From the NCBI GenBank assembly GCA_963702475.1, contig CAVPCT010000009.1, forward strand, positions 288,001 to 352,000: DNA of 64,000 nucleotides, written 5' to 3'. Made by a program: the position numbers and the translations under genes. Positions 1-10,775 of the stretch are shown here, piece by piece (the first letter of the stretch is position 1; each line of letters starts with the position of its first letter). The notes beneath the pieces were generated by a model. The model saw only the letters and a program-made list of their open reading frames with translations. It was not told where the DNA came from and did not search any database. This DNA is from an uncultured Thermoleophilia bacterium. GTDB taxonomy: Bacteria; Actinomycetota; Thermoleophilia; UBA2241.

Positions 1-1
1 G

Positions 2-1498
2 GCGGAGAGGCGCCGCTGGGTGCTGCCGGACCCGTCGCTGCTCCAGCGCATCGGAGAGCACACCGGCGAGTCCCCCGACGCCATCCGCAGCGTGTCGGGG
101 CGCCTCGTGGAGACACTCGGGCACTTCGGCGTCACGGCCACGGTCATCGGCACAGTCTCAGGGCCGCGCGTGACGCGCTACGAGCTTCAGCTGGCCCCCG
201 GCATCAAGGTCAGCCGGGTGGCCTCACTCAAGGACGACCTGGCCTACGCGCTCGCCGCCACCGACATCCGCGTGCAGGCGCCCATCCCCGGCAAGACGGC
301 CGTGGGCGTCGAGGTCCCCAACGTGCAGGCCAACTACGTGTCGCTCGGCGATATCCACCAGCTGTTCCCCAGCCACGCGTCGCCCATGGCCTTCTGGCTC
401 GGCAAGGACGTCTCCGGCAAGGCGGTCATGGCCGACCTGGTCCCCATGGTCCACCTGCTCGTGGCCGGCACCACCGGCTCGGGCAAGAGCGGCTGCCTCA
501 ACGCTCTCATCAGCTCCGTGCTCCTGCGCGCCACGCCCGAAGAAGTGCGCATGATCATGATCGACCCCAAGAAGGTCGAGCTCAGCGCCTTCGACGGGGT
601 GCCGCACCTGCTGGCGCCCGTCATCACCAATCCGAAGCAGGCCACCTACGCGCTCGACAACCTCACGCGCGAGATGGACCGCCGCTACGACGTCCTGTCG
701 CGCAACAGCTGCCAGCACATCCGCGCCCTCAACAAGAAGCTGGCGAAGGCCGGCGAGGACCACATGCCCTACATCATGGTGGTGGTCGATGAGCTGGCCG
801 ACCTCATGATGGCGGCCCCGTCGGAGGTCGAGGACTCCATCATCCGTCTCGGCCAGCTCGGGCGCAGCTGCGGCATCCACCTGGTCGTCGCCACGCAGCG
901 TCCGTCGGTGGACGTGGTCACCGGGATGATCAAGACGAACATCCCCTCACGCATCGCGTTCGCGGTGTCCTCGCAGACGGACTCGCGCATCATCCTCGAC
1001 CAGGGCGGCGCCGAGAGCCTCCTGGGCATGGGCGACATGCTCTTCAGCCCGCTCGGCAGCAACAAGCTGCTGCGCGTACAGGGTGCCCTGATCACGGCGC
1101 ACGAGATGAAGCTCATCACCGAGCACTGGAAGAGGCAGGCCAAGCCCGAGTTCCGCGAGGACCTCCTGGAGAACCCGGCCGGGCCGGACGCCGAGCAGCC
1201 CGGCCAGGCCATCGGCGGCGACGAGCTGCTCGGCGAGGCCATCAAGACGGTCGTCATGACCGGCGCTGCCTCGGTGGCGCTGCTGCAGCGTCGCCTGCGC
1301 GTCGGCTACGCCCGCGCCGGTCGTCTCATCGACATCATGGAGGAGATGGGCATCATCTCGGGCTACGACGGCAGCAAGGCGCGGGCCGTGCTCATCGACG
1401 AGTCGGGCCTGCAGGCGGCGCTGGCAAGGGTGGCCGGCGACGAGCCTGTCGCGCAGACTGCGGCCCCCGACCTCGGAGAGGAGCCGGACGAGTCCTGA
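2..1498 (+). CDS. ftsK: DNA translocase FtsK/SpoIIIE (5'-partial)
   Basis: Walker A GTTGSGKS, IDPKKVELS, VVDELADLMM, C-terminal gamma domain LQRRLRVGYARAGRLID; frame open to the window edge. Confidence 0.95.
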   Translation, partial: AERRRWVLPDPSLLQRIGEHTGESPDAIRSVSGRLVETLGHFGVTATVIGTVSGPRVTRYELQLAPGIKVSRVASLKDDLAYALAATDIRVQAPIPGKTAVGVEVPNVQANYVSLGDIHQLFPSHASPMAFWLGKDVSGKAVMADLVPMVHLLVAGTTGSGKSGCLNALISSVLLRATPEEVRMIMIDPKKVELSAFDGVPHLLAPVITNPKQATYALDNLTREMDRRYDVLSRNSCQHIRALNKKLAKAGEDHMPYIMVVVDELADLMMAAPSEVEDSIIRLGQLGRSCGIHLVVATQRPSVDVVTGMIKTNIPSRIAFAVSSQTDSRIILDQGGAESLLGMGDMLFSPLGSNKLLRVQGALITAHEMKLITEHWKRQAKPEFREDLLENPAGPDAEQPGQAIGGDELLGEAIKTVVMTGAASVALLQRRLRVGYARAGRLIDIMEEMGIISGYDGSKARAVLIDESGLQAALARVAGDEPVAQTAAPDLGEEPDES

Positions 1499-1610
1499 GT
1501 GTCGCGAGAGAACCGCGCCGCCCGGTTTGTCAGGCTCCGGCGCTGTCACTAGACTGTGATTTCGGGCGCTCTCTCGGGCGCCCGTGTCAGCAAGGAGAGG
1601 CTAACCCGTC

Positions 1611-2378
1611 GTGTTCGAGATCGGCAGCACCCTGCGCGAAGCCCGTGTCCGTCGCAACCTCACGTTGCAGCAGGTGGAGGAGGACACGAAGATCCGCGTC
1701 AAGTACGTGCAGGCGATGGAGAACGAGGACTTCGACATCATGCCGGGTCCAACGTACGTCAAGGGCTTCCTCCGCACGTATTCCGAGTATCTCGGCCTTG
1801 ACCCCGACGTCATCGTCGGCGAATACCGCACACGGGAACCGCGCGGCATCGCCCGCGTCCACGAGGAGCCCTTCGGGGGTGTCTCCACCCTCGGCAAGCC
1901 GCGCAGCCATAGGGGCCGCAACACCATCGTGTTCGTGGCGGTGATCTGCCTCCTCGTGCTCGCCGTGATCTGGGCCCTCGGTCGCAACCAGACGCCGCAG
2001 TCCCAGCTGCCCACCGAACCCGACGACATCGGTCTCGCCAGCCCGTCACCCACACCGTCGCCCACGCCCATCCCCACGGTGACGCCCGTGCCGGTGCGAG
2101 ACATCGTCAAGATCACCGCCAAGGACGGCGACTGCTGGATCGAGGTCCGCCGTAACGGCCCCGAAGGCCTCAAGCTGTACTCGGGCACCGTCACCGACGG
2201 CGAGCGCAAGAAGTTCCGCGGCGAGCGCCTCTGGATCAGCTTCGGGAACCCTGTCGCCGTCCAGCTGATCGCGGGAGGGAAGAAGGTCAAGCTCGAGAGC
2301 GACGTGGGCCCGTGGCCGGTCGAGATCGTCAAGGGCAAGGTCAGGCAGGGAACAGACACGACACAGGTGGCGCAATGA
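1611..2378 (+). CDS. rodZ: RodZ-like HTH membrane protein
   Basis: N-terminal HTH (IGSTLREARVRR...YVKGFLRTYSEYLGLD), one TM helix, C-terminal DUF4115-like region (CWIEV...GNP); ftsK-rodZ-rimO synteny. Confidence 0.8.
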   Translation: MFEIGSTLREARVRRNLTLQQVEEDTKIRVKYVQAMENEDFDIMPGPTYVKGFLRTYSEYLGLDPDVIVGEYRTREPRGIARVHEEPFGGVSTLGKPRSHRGRNTIVFVAVICLLVLAVIWALGRNQTPQSQLPTEPDDIGLASPSPTPSPTPIPTVTPVPVRDIVKITAKDGDCWIEVRRNGPEGLKLYSGTVTDGERKKFRGERLWISFGNPVAVQLIAGGKKVKLESDVGPWPVEIVKGKVRQGTDTTQVAQ

Positions 2379-2866
2379 GCAAGGAATCGTCCTTCGACGT
2401 GGTCTCCAAAGCGGACCTCAACGAGGTGCGCAACGCCGTCAACATGGCGCAGAAGGAGATCGCCACCCGATACGACTTCAAGAAGAGCGTGAGTGCCGTC
2501 GCCCTGGAAGGAGACGCGCTCGTGCTGGTCTCGGACAACGACGGCAAGCTGCGCCAGGTGGTCGAGGTCCTCGAGGACAAGCTGGTACGGCGCAAGGTGC
2601 CTCTCAAGGCCCTGCAGTACGGCAAGGTCGAGGAGGCGCTCGGCGGCACCGTGCGACAGCGCGTCGGCATCGCCAACGGCATCCCCGACGAGAAGGCCAA
2701 GGCCATGAACAAGCTGTTGCGGCAGCGGTTCAAGAAGGTCAAGGTCCAGATCCAGGGCGACACCGTACGCATCTTCTCGCCCAGCAAGGACGAGCTCCAG
2801 GCAGCCATGACCGCGCTGCGGGACGAGGACTGGGGCATCCCGCTGCAGTTCGTCAACTACCGCTGA
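2375..2866 (+). CDS. yajQ: YajQ family c-di-GMP-binding protein
   Basis: SFDVVSK...NAVNMAQKEIATRYDFK...QIQGD..R...LQFVNYR; ATGA overlap with rodZ stop. Confidence 0.92.
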   Translation: MSKESSFDVVSKADLNEVRNAVNMAQKEIATRYDFKKSVSAVALEGDALVLVSDNDGKLRQVVEVLEDKLVRRKVPLKALQYGKVEEALGGTVRQRVGIANGIPDEKAKAMNKLLRQRFKKVKVQIQGDTVRIFSPSKDELQAAMTALRDEDWGIPLQFVNYR

Positions 2867-4191
2867 GCCCGACCGCCGGGGGCACCACGGGCGCGAGCTA
2901 TTTCATCCACACGCTGGGCTGCCCGAAGAACGAGGCCGACTCCGACGCCCTCGAGCGTGGCCTGAGGGCGGCCGGCCACCGTCCCACAGCGGCCGCCCGG
3001 GCCGACGTTGTCGTGGTCAACACCTGCGGTTTCATCGACGCCGCCAAGGAGGAGTCCATCGATGCGCTCCTCGATGCTGCCGAGGTCGCCCACGCGCACG
3101 GCGGTCGTGTCGCTGCCGTCGGGTGCCTGGTGCAGCGCTACGGGGACGAGCTCTCCGCCGAGCTTCCCGAGATCGACCTCTGGTGCGGTCTCGACATGGG
3201 GCCTCTGCTGGCAGCTCTGGCTGAGCCCGGGGGCGCTTCCGTGAAGCGTGAGGAGCGGGGCACGGCCGTGCCGACGCCTCGCCGTCAGCGTCCGGTGGCC
3301 GCCTACGTGAAGATCTCAGACGGCTGCGACCGGCTCTGCGCCTTCTGCGCCATCCCACTCATCAAGGGCGACTACGAGATCGTCGAGGCCGCGGGGGTGT
3401 TGCGCGCCGCCCGTGCGGCGCTCGCCGCCGGGGCCCGGGAGATCGTCCTCGTCGGTCAGGACACGTCCCGTTGGCGTCAGCCGGGCTGGGGCGGCGTCAA
3501 GCGCCTGCTCGCCGCGCTCGCCGCGCTCGACCCGGGGCCTGTGTGGCTGCGCCTTCTCTACTTGCAGCCGGACGGTATCGATGCCGAGCTGCTCGAGGCG
3601 ATGGCTGAGCACGCCGTACCCTACGTGGACGTCCCGCTGCAGCACGCCTCGCGGGACGTGCTCCGTCGCATGGGACGCAGTGGTGACGGCGCTACCTACC
3701 TGCGTCTGCTCGAACGCGTGCGCGCAGCTCTGCCCGGCGTCGCCGTCCGGTCCACGTTCATCGCCGGCTTCCCCGGCGAGACCGATGCCGACCACGAGGA
3801 GCTCCTGGCTTTCGTGCGGGCCGCCGGCCTGGCGGCGGCCGGGGTGTTCCCCTACGACGCGCAGGAGGGCACGGCCGCGGCATCGATGCCCGGCCGGGTC
3901 CCGACGGCGCTCTCCTTCGAGCGCGCCGCCGAGATCGGCGAGGTCATCGACGACGGGGCGGCCGGCTTCTGGACCGGCCTCGTGGGACGCCGCGTCGACG
4001 TCCTCATCGAGCGGGGCACCTCGCAGCCCGGCGGCGTCGCCGTGGGCCGCAACGCCCTCCAGGCGCCGGACATCGACGGTCGCACGCTGGTGCGCGGGTC
4101 CCGCTGTCGCCGCGGGGACGTCGTGCACGCCGTCGCCGTCGAAGCCGTCGGGTATGATGTCGAGGCGGTCACACAGCCGCCTCGACCATGA
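2863..4191 (+). CDS. rimO: Ribosomal protein S12 methylthiotransferase RimO (probable CTG start)
   Basis: TLGCPKNEADS, VNTCGFI, radical SAM CDRLCAFC, APDIDG TRAM region; the conserved N-terminus lies upstream of the first canonical start (3013). Confidence 0.88.
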   Translation: MSPTAGGTTGASYFIHTLGCPKNEADSDALERGLRAAGHRPTAAARADVVVVNTCGFIDAAKEESIDALLDAAEVAHAHGGRVAAVGCLVQRYGDELSAELPEIDLWCGLDMGPLLAALAEPGGASVKREERGTAVPTPRRQRPVAAYVKISDGCDRLCAFCAIPLIKGDYEIVEAAGVLRAARAALAAGAREIVLVGQDTSRWRQPGWGGVKRLLAALAALDPGPVWLRLLYLQPDGIDAELLEAMAEHAVPYVDVPLQHASRDVLRRMGRSGDGATYLRLLERVRAALPGVAVRSTFIAGFPGETDADHEELLAFVRAAGLAAAGVFPYDAQEGTAAASMPGRVPTALSFERAAEIGEVIDDGAAGFWTGLVGRRVDVLIERGTSQPGGVAVGRNALQAPDIDGRTLVRGSRCRRGDVVHAVAVEAVGYDVEAVTQPPRP

Positions 4192-4859
4192 GCAGCCAAC
4201 TCAACCTCGCCAACAGCATCACCATCGCCCGGATCCTGCTGATCCCGGTGTTCCTGGTGTTGTTGCTGGGCGGCCTGCCCGAGCCGTACGGCGACATCGC
4301 GGCGGCGGCGGTGTTCATCCTCGCCGCCGCAACCGACAAGCTCGACGGTTATGTGGCCCGACGCAGCCAGCAGATCACCACCCTGGGGCAGTTCCTCGAC
4401 CCGCTGGCCGACAAGCTCCTCATCGCCGCCGCTCTCATCGCGCTCGTCAGCCAGGACCGGGTCTCCGCATGGGTCGCCACGCTCATCATCGTCCGTGAGG
4501 TCGCGGTGAGCGTGCTCCGCATCATCGGTGTCTCACAGGGTGTCTCCATCCCCGCCGACAAGTACGGCAAGCTCAAGACGGTGTTGCAGATCGTCTACAT
4601 CGTCTACGTCCTCATCCCGACGCAGAGCATCGCCGACGTCATCAACGTGTCCACCGGCGTCGCGACTGTCGTCCAGTGGGTCCTCGCGGGGGTGGTCGTG
4701 GTCGTCACTCTGGCGTCGGGGGTGAACTACTTCCTCAACGCACGCGGTCTCATCCACATGCCCGGGGGCGAGCCGAAGCCGGACGACCGCGCCGCTGGCC
4801 CCGGGCCGGCGGCCGGGTCGTCGTCCGTCCCGGGGGACCAGCAGGACGATGAGTGGTGA
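4188..4859 (+). CDS. pgsA: CDP-diacylglycerol--glycerol-3-phosphate phosphatidyltransferase
   Basis: NLANSITIARI, DKLDGYVARR...LGQFLDPLADKLL motif. Confidence 0.92.
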   Translation: MSSQLNLANSITIARILLIPVFLVLLLGGLPEPYGDIAAAAVFILAAATDKLDGYVARRSQQITTLGQFLDPLADKLLIAAALIALVSQDRVSAWVATLIIVREVAVSVLRIIGVSQGVSIPADKYGKLKTVLQIVYIVYVLIPTQSIADVINVSTGVATVVQWVLAGVVVVVTLASGVNYFLNARGLIHMPGGEPKPDDRAAGPGPAAGSSSVPGDQQDDEW

Positions 4860-6099
4860 CCTGCCGCGGGCGGCCGTCGTCCTCAGCGGCAACGAGCTGC
4901 TGGACGGCCGCACGCGCGACACCAATGGTGCCTTCGTCGGCTCCGACCTCAGCGCGCGCGGCGTCAAGGTCACCAGCGTGCTCACCGTCGCCGACGACGC
5001 CGAACGCCTGACGGCGGCCTTCAAGTACAGCTTGGCCGCGCGTCCCGACCTCCTGGTGATCGGTGGCGGCCTCGGGACGACACACGACGACCTCACCGTC
5101 GCGTGTCTCGCGGACACCCTGGGCGTCGGGCTGCGCGAAGACCCACAGGCTCTCGCCTGGGTCGAGGAGAAGGTGCGCCTCGTCGCCAAGCGGCGCCGCA
5201 TACGCTTCGAAGACGTCTTTCCGGTGGCGCGCCGGCAGGCGCTGCTGCCCGAGGGCGCGACACCGGTACCTCCGGCCGGCGTCGCGCCCGGCATCGCTGC
5301 GCGCAGCGGGCCGACGCGCATCTTCGCGTTCCCCGGGGTGCCCTGGGAGTTCGAGGCCATGTGGCGCGGGGTGGCCGCGGGGCTTCAGAGCGAGGGCGTG
5401 TTCCCCGACGTCGCGGTGCGCGTCGTGCGCGTCTTCGGCGTCGGGGAGTTGCAGGTGGGGCCGGTACTCGACGCCACGCCGCACGACCTCCTCGAGACCG
5501 GCATCAACGTCGGCGGGGGAGAGGTCACCGTGCGCCTGAGGTACCGGAGCTCCGACGCCGCTGCGGTCCAGTCCGACGCCGTGGTCGCCGCCCTTCGGGC
5601 GGCGGTCCCCGTGTTCAGCGCCGACGGCCGTACGGTCGACGACTTCGTCGCCGACGGACTGCGCAGCTCCGGTGCCACCGTAGCGGTCGCAGAATCCTGC
5701 ACCGGCGGACTGCTCGGCGCGCGCCTCTCGCAGCGGTCGGGTGCGTCAGACTACTTTCTTGGAGGGATCATCAGCTACGCGAACCAGGTCAAGATGGACC
5801 TGCTCGACGTGCCGCCAGGCATGCTCGCCCAGTACGGCGCCGTGTCTGAGGAGGTCGCCGGCGCCATGGCCGAGGGAGTGCGCGCGGCGACCGGCGCCGA
5901 CTACGCCCTGGCCGTCACCGGCGTGGCCGGGCCCGAAGGGGGCACACCCCAGAAGCCGGTCGGCCTCGTCCACGTCGGGTGCACGGGCCCGGCGGGGACG
6001 CGCGTGCAGCGCGGTCACTACCCCGGCGACCGCGCCTCGGTGCGCGAGTTCAGCTGCACGGCGGCCCTGCACCTGTTGCGCGTGGCGCTTTCTCCATGA
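4849..6099 (+). CDS. cinA: CinA competence/damage-inducible protein (MoCF + NMN deamidase domains)
   Basis: GNELLDG..RDTN, GGLG.THDDLT, AESCTGG, SYAN..K, GVAGP.GGT..KPVG. Confidence 0.92.
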   Translation: MSGDLPRAAVVLSGNELLDGRTRDTNGAFVGSDLSARGVKVTSVLTVADDAERLTAAFKYSLAARPDLLVIGGGLGTTHDDLTVACLADTLGVGLREDPQALAWVEEKVRLVAKRRRIRFEDVFPVARRQALLPEGATPVPPAGVAPGIAARSGPTRIFAFPGVPWEFEAMWRGVAAGLQSEGVFPDVAVRVVRVFGVGELQVGPVLDATPHDLLETGINVGGGEVTVRLRYRSSDAAAVQSDAVVAALRAAVPVFSADGRTVDDFVADGLRSSGATVAVAESCTGGLLGARLSQRSGASDYFLGGIISYANQVKMDLLDVPPGMLAQYGAVSEEVAGAMAEGVRAATGADYALAVTGVAGPEGGTPQKPVGLVHVGCTGPAGTRVQRGHYPGDRASVREFSCTAALHLLRVALSP

Positions 6100-6650
6100 C
6101 CGGGGGCGAACCGCCGGACGTCCTGCGCCTGTTCGTGGCACAGGAGCTCCCGACGGACACGCTGCGTGCCGTCGAGGACTGGCAGCGTGACGCCCTCGCC
6201 CCGCACGACGAGCTCCGCCTGAACCACGCCCTGCACCTCACGCTCGCGTTTCTGGGCGACGTCGACCGCGCGCGGGTGGAGGTCCTCGTCGCGGCCCTCG
6301 GCTCCGTGCGCTACGCGCCCTGCCGTCTGGAAGCCGCGGAGGCGCTGTTCCTGCCGCAGCGGGGGCCCAAACGAGTGGTCGCGCTCTGCTTGCGTGACGG
6401 CGACGGCACCCTCGCGCGCCTGCAGTCGGACGTCTCCGCGGCGCTCGCCGGCACCGGCCTCTACGAGGCTTCGAAGCGCCCTTGGCTGCCCCACGTGACG
6501 GTGGCCCGATTCCGCCGTCCGGGTCACCCATTTTCCCTGCAAAATGTGAACATCCCGGGGTTTTGTTCCGTCCGGACCGTCTTGTATAGTAGCCTCCTGG
6601 AGCGCACCGGAGCGGTGCACACTCCTCTGGCAGATTTCCCCGCGTCCTGA
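6096..6650 (+). CDS. thpR: RNA 2',3'-cyclic phosphodiesterase
   Basis: RLFVA, two HxT motifs ([15 protein letters not shown]); cinA-thpR-recA synteny. Confidence 0.85.
   Translation: MTGGEPPDVLRLFVAQELPTDTLRAVEDWQRDALAPHDELRLNHALHLTLAFLGDVDRARVEVLVAALGSVRYAPCRLEAAEALFLPQRGPKRVVALCLRDGDGTLARLQSDVSAALAGTGLYEASKRPWLPHVTVARFRRPGHPFSLQNVNIPGFCSVRTVLYSSLLERTGAVHTPLADFPAS
6562..6590 (+). promoter_or_regulatory. Putative recA promoter embedded in the thpR 3' end
   Basis: AT-rich patch with TTTGTT/TTGTTC and -10 TATAGT (6585-6590), 80 bp before recA. Confidence 0.45.
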
Positions 6651-6669
6651 GCAGGAGAGGAGCGCTACC

Positions 6670-7764
<1,095 letters not shown>

Positions 7765-7772
7765 CCGCCGCC

Positions 7773-8468
7773 GTGCCCGTCGTCACCGCGCTCCGCGCCT
7801 CGCGCCGCGGCCGCATCGCGGTGCACGTAGACGACGAGTTCGTGTGCGCGGTGAGCGAGGCCATCGTGGCACGCTGGCGCTTGCACAAAGGGCGCGAGCT
7901 CAGCCCTGAGGATCTCGGCCTGCTCGTCGCTGAGGCGACGGCCGATCTCGCCCTGGCCGACGCGTTCCGCCTGCTCGGCCATCGGGCGCGCAGCACGGCC
8001 GAGGTGCGTCGGCGTCTGCTCGCCAGGGAGCACGCGCCGGAGGCCGTCGAGGCAGCGCTACAGACGCTCATCGACGACGGCCTTCTCGACGATGCGGCGT
8101 TCGCCGCGAGCTACGTCGCGGACAAGCGGCGGCTGGCGGGGTGGGGCACGCAGCGCATCCGCCGCGGGCTCTCCGAGGCGGGTGTCGCACGGCCGGACGT
8201 CGAGGCCGCGCTCGACGGAGCCTCGGCCGGTGACCCCGACGACGCAGAGCTGCAGCGCGCCCTCGATGCCCTGCGCCGACGCGCGCCCCGGGGCGGGCGC
8301 CCCGACGATGCCGCTCGCCGCCGCGTCTACCAGCTGCTGCTCAGGCGAGGCTTCGACTCCGGCGTCGCCTACGCCGCTGTGCAGAAGTGGAGCGGGGAGG
8401 AGGTGCGGCGGACCCAGGGCACCGGCGATGAGGTCGAGCCGCCCTCACCTGACAGCGCGGACGCCTGA
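7773..8468 (+). CDS. recX: Recombination regulator RecX
   Basis: RARSTAEVRRRL, LLDDAAFA, WGTQRI, LLRRGF; directly after recA. Confidence 0.9.
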   Translation: MPVVTALRASRRGRIAVHVDDEFVCAVSEAIVARWRLHKGRELSPEDLGLLVAEATADLALADAFRLLGHRARSTAEVRRRLLAREHAPEAVEAALQTLIDDGLLDDAAFAASYVADKRRLAGWGTQRIRRGLSEAGVARPDVEAALDGASAGDPDDAELQRALDALRRRAPRGGRPDDAARRRVYQLLLRRGFDSGVAYAAVQKWSGEEVRRTQGTGDEVEPPSPDSADA

Positions 8469-8498
8469 CCGTCTTGGCCCACGTGGGCCGCAGCCGCT

Positions 8499-10118
8499 TC
8501 AGCGATCGAGCGGGGCCTCGGTGAACCACACTTCGAGCTCTGTGCCGCGGCGCGCTCGCCGGTACAGCCCCGAGATCAGGTACACGCCGAACGAAGCCGC
8601 GTACAGCAGGAGAGTGGCGACGATGGGCACCACGAGGCCCAGGCCGAGGCTCAAGCCGTAGTCGACCGCGTACCGAGCCACGACCCACACGGTGAACACC
8701 AGGAACGCGGCCCCTGCAAGGGTGATCGCAGGCACTCCGAAGAGCTCATAGCGGGATGCCGCCGTCTCGCGGTACAGCTCGCGGCGCACGAACGGAAAGG
8801 CCGCGCCCGTAGCGCAGGTCACGGCGAACGCCAGGATGTTGACCAGCGCCACCGTGTTGAGCGTCAGGCGCCAGTAGGGTGTGAACGCGTACACGACGCA
8901 GGGCACGACGCACATCACGCTGAACAGCGTGATCGCCTTCACCGGAGCCTTGGTGGTCGCGTTCAGGTGGCCCACCCAGCGGGGCAGGATGCGGTCCGAC
9001 GACATCGCCATGAGCACGCGCGAGGCCGCGAGCGTGGGGTTGGGGGCGTTCATCCAGAAGAGAGCGTTGAGGAGCAGCGCGACCGCGACGGCGAACACGC
9101 TCGCCGCGGGCGAGACGTCGGCCCACCACAGGAACGGCACCGTGGGGAGCGGCATGGCCTCCGGGTGCTCCAGAAAGAGAAACGCTGCCGCTCCGAGCGC
9201 CTCCGGGCCCAGCTTGGCGGCCACGAGCCCGCCCAACAGCGCCGAGAGCGCACCCGAGACCAGCATGGCGCCCAGGATGATGAACACCTGGGCGCGCAGG
9301 CGGTCGGCGTCGCGCGTCTCGCCGGCCTGCTGGGTGCTCCAGCCGGCATAGACGAGCATGTAGCTCGCCAGGGGGACGATCGCGACGGTCTGCGCCAGGT
9401 ACGACTGCGTGTCCGGCGCGTAGCCCAGGCTCGCCGCGCGTGCCATGGCCTCTCGGTAGACCGGCAGACTGCCCAGGTCGTGCGCGCGCAGGAGGGCGAC
9501 CACCACGACACCAAGACCCACGGCCCCCGCCAGTGAGAACCATCGCTGCCACGTCGCGTACGTGGGCATGCCCAGGATGATGGGAACGGCCGCCCACACG
9601 ATGACGACCATGGACAGCGCCAGCACACCCCAGGCGCTGCGCGTCCATACGGCGGCGTCCAGCAGTGATTGGGAGTCGAAGGCGACACTCAGCGAGAAGA
9701 GCAGAGGGCCGACGGCGAACGTGGCCGCACACCACCCCGACACCGCGATCCACAGGGTGCCCCCCAGCACGATGGCGGAAAAACAAAAGACCGAGCCTGT
9801 GCCGGTGGAGAGGATGCGAGCCTGGAAGTAGTACTCGCCGCCGCTCCGGGGCATGCAGGCCGCGAGGAACGCGTAGACCAGCGCCTCCGCGACGCAGAAC
9901 ACCACGGCGATGCCGGTGGCGACCACCCAGTCGCCGTGGGGATAGACCATGTACGCGGTGAGGAACGCGAGCGCGAAGCCCATCAGCACGTTCATGACCT
10001 GCGCGTTGTAGAGCAGCGCGTCGAATGGCGACCAGACGCGCTCTACGCGCCGGCTCGGCAGGAGGGTGACCACCAGATCCTGACCGGCCTCGGCGCCCGT
10101 CTGGCGCGTCGCGGTCAA
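8499..10118 (-). CDS. APC family amino acid/amine permease
   Basis: Many TM helices, ACMPRSGGEY and SRVLMAMSSDRILPRW motifs; start uncertain (TTG 10118 overlapping the regulator stop, or GTG 10073). Confidence 0.8.
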   Translation of the reverse strand: MTATRQTGAEAGQDLVVTLLPSRRVERVWSPFDALLYNAQVMNVLMGFALAFLTAYMVYPHGDWVVATGIAVVFCVAEALVYAFLAACMPRSGGEYYFQARILSTGTGSVFCFSAIVLGGTLWIAVSGWCAATFAVGPLLFSLSVAFDSQSLLDAAVWTRSAWGVLALSMVVIVWAAVPIILGMPTYATWQRWFSLAGAVGLGVVVVALLRAHDLGSLPVYREAMARAASLGYAPDTQSYLAQTVAIVPLASYMLVYAGWSTQQAGETRDADRLRAQVFIILGAMLVSGALSALLGGLVAAKLGPEALGAAAFLFLEHPEAMPLPTVPFLWWADVSPAASVFAVAVALLLNALFWMNAPNPTLAASRVLMAMSSDRILPRWVGHLNATTKAPVKAITLFSVMCVVPCVVYAFTPYWRLTLNTVALVNILAFAVTCATGAAFPFVRRELYRETAASRYELFGVPAITLAGAAFLVFTVWVVARYAVDYGLSLGLGLVVPIVATLLLYAASFGVYLISGLYRRARRGTELEVWFTEAPLDR

Positions 10119-10750
10119 TCCAGCAGGCCCTTCCTCATGGCGACGGCGACCGCGTGGGCGCGATCCGAGACCTCCAGTGTTCGGTAGATGGCCTCGAGGT
10201 GGCTCTTGACGGTCTCGACGCTGATGAAGAGGTGGAGCGCCACCTGGCGGTTCGTCGCGCCCGCCGCCACCATGCGCAGGATCTCGAGCTCGTGCGGCGT
10301 GAGGAGGTCTTTGTCGCGGGCGCGTTGCTCGTCGCTCAGGAACGCCTTGACCACCACCTCGTCGAAGTGGCGTCCGCCCGCGGCCACATGGCGGATGGCG
10401 CGCACGAGCTCGTCCGCCGACGCGTTCTTCATCACGTAGCCGCTGGCGCCCGACTTGACGGCGCGCAGCACGATCTCGTCGTCGTCGTGGATGGTGAGCA
10501 CGATGACCTTCGGCCACTCCCGGCCGTCCTTGACCAGGTGAGGGATCACCTCCAGGCCGTGCATGCCGTGCATCTGCAGGTCGAGGAGGACGATGTCGCA
10601 CTCGACCCTGGCCGCGAGCGTCACGGCCTCCTCGCCGCTGGCGGCTTGGCCCACCACCTCGAGGTCGTCGCAGGCGCTCAAGATCCCCTCAAGCCCGCGG
10701 CGCACGACCTCGTGGTCGTCGACGATGACTATGCGTATCGGCGCGTCCAT
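10115..10750 (-). CDS. NarL/LuxR family response regulator
   Basis: IVIVDDHEVVRRG, LLDLQM receiver domain, C-terminal LuxR HTH (LFISVETVKSH). Confidence 0.93.
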   Translation of the reverse strand: MDAPIRIVIVDDHEVVRRGLEGILSACDDLEVVGQAASGEEAVTLAARVECDIVLLDLQMHGMHGLEVIPHLVKDGREWPKVIVLTIHDDDEIVLRAVKSGASGYVMKNASADELVRAIRHVAAGGRHFDEVVVKAFLSDEQRARDKDLLTPHELEILRMVAAGATNRQVALHLFISVETVKSHLEAIYRTLEVSDRAHAVAVAMRKGLLD

Positions 10751-10775
10751 GACATCCCTGCTGCGCGTACCCCGC

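Noticed and set aside
8499-10601. 700-aa version of the APC permease
   Set aside because: The N-terminal part is an alternate frame of the response regulator
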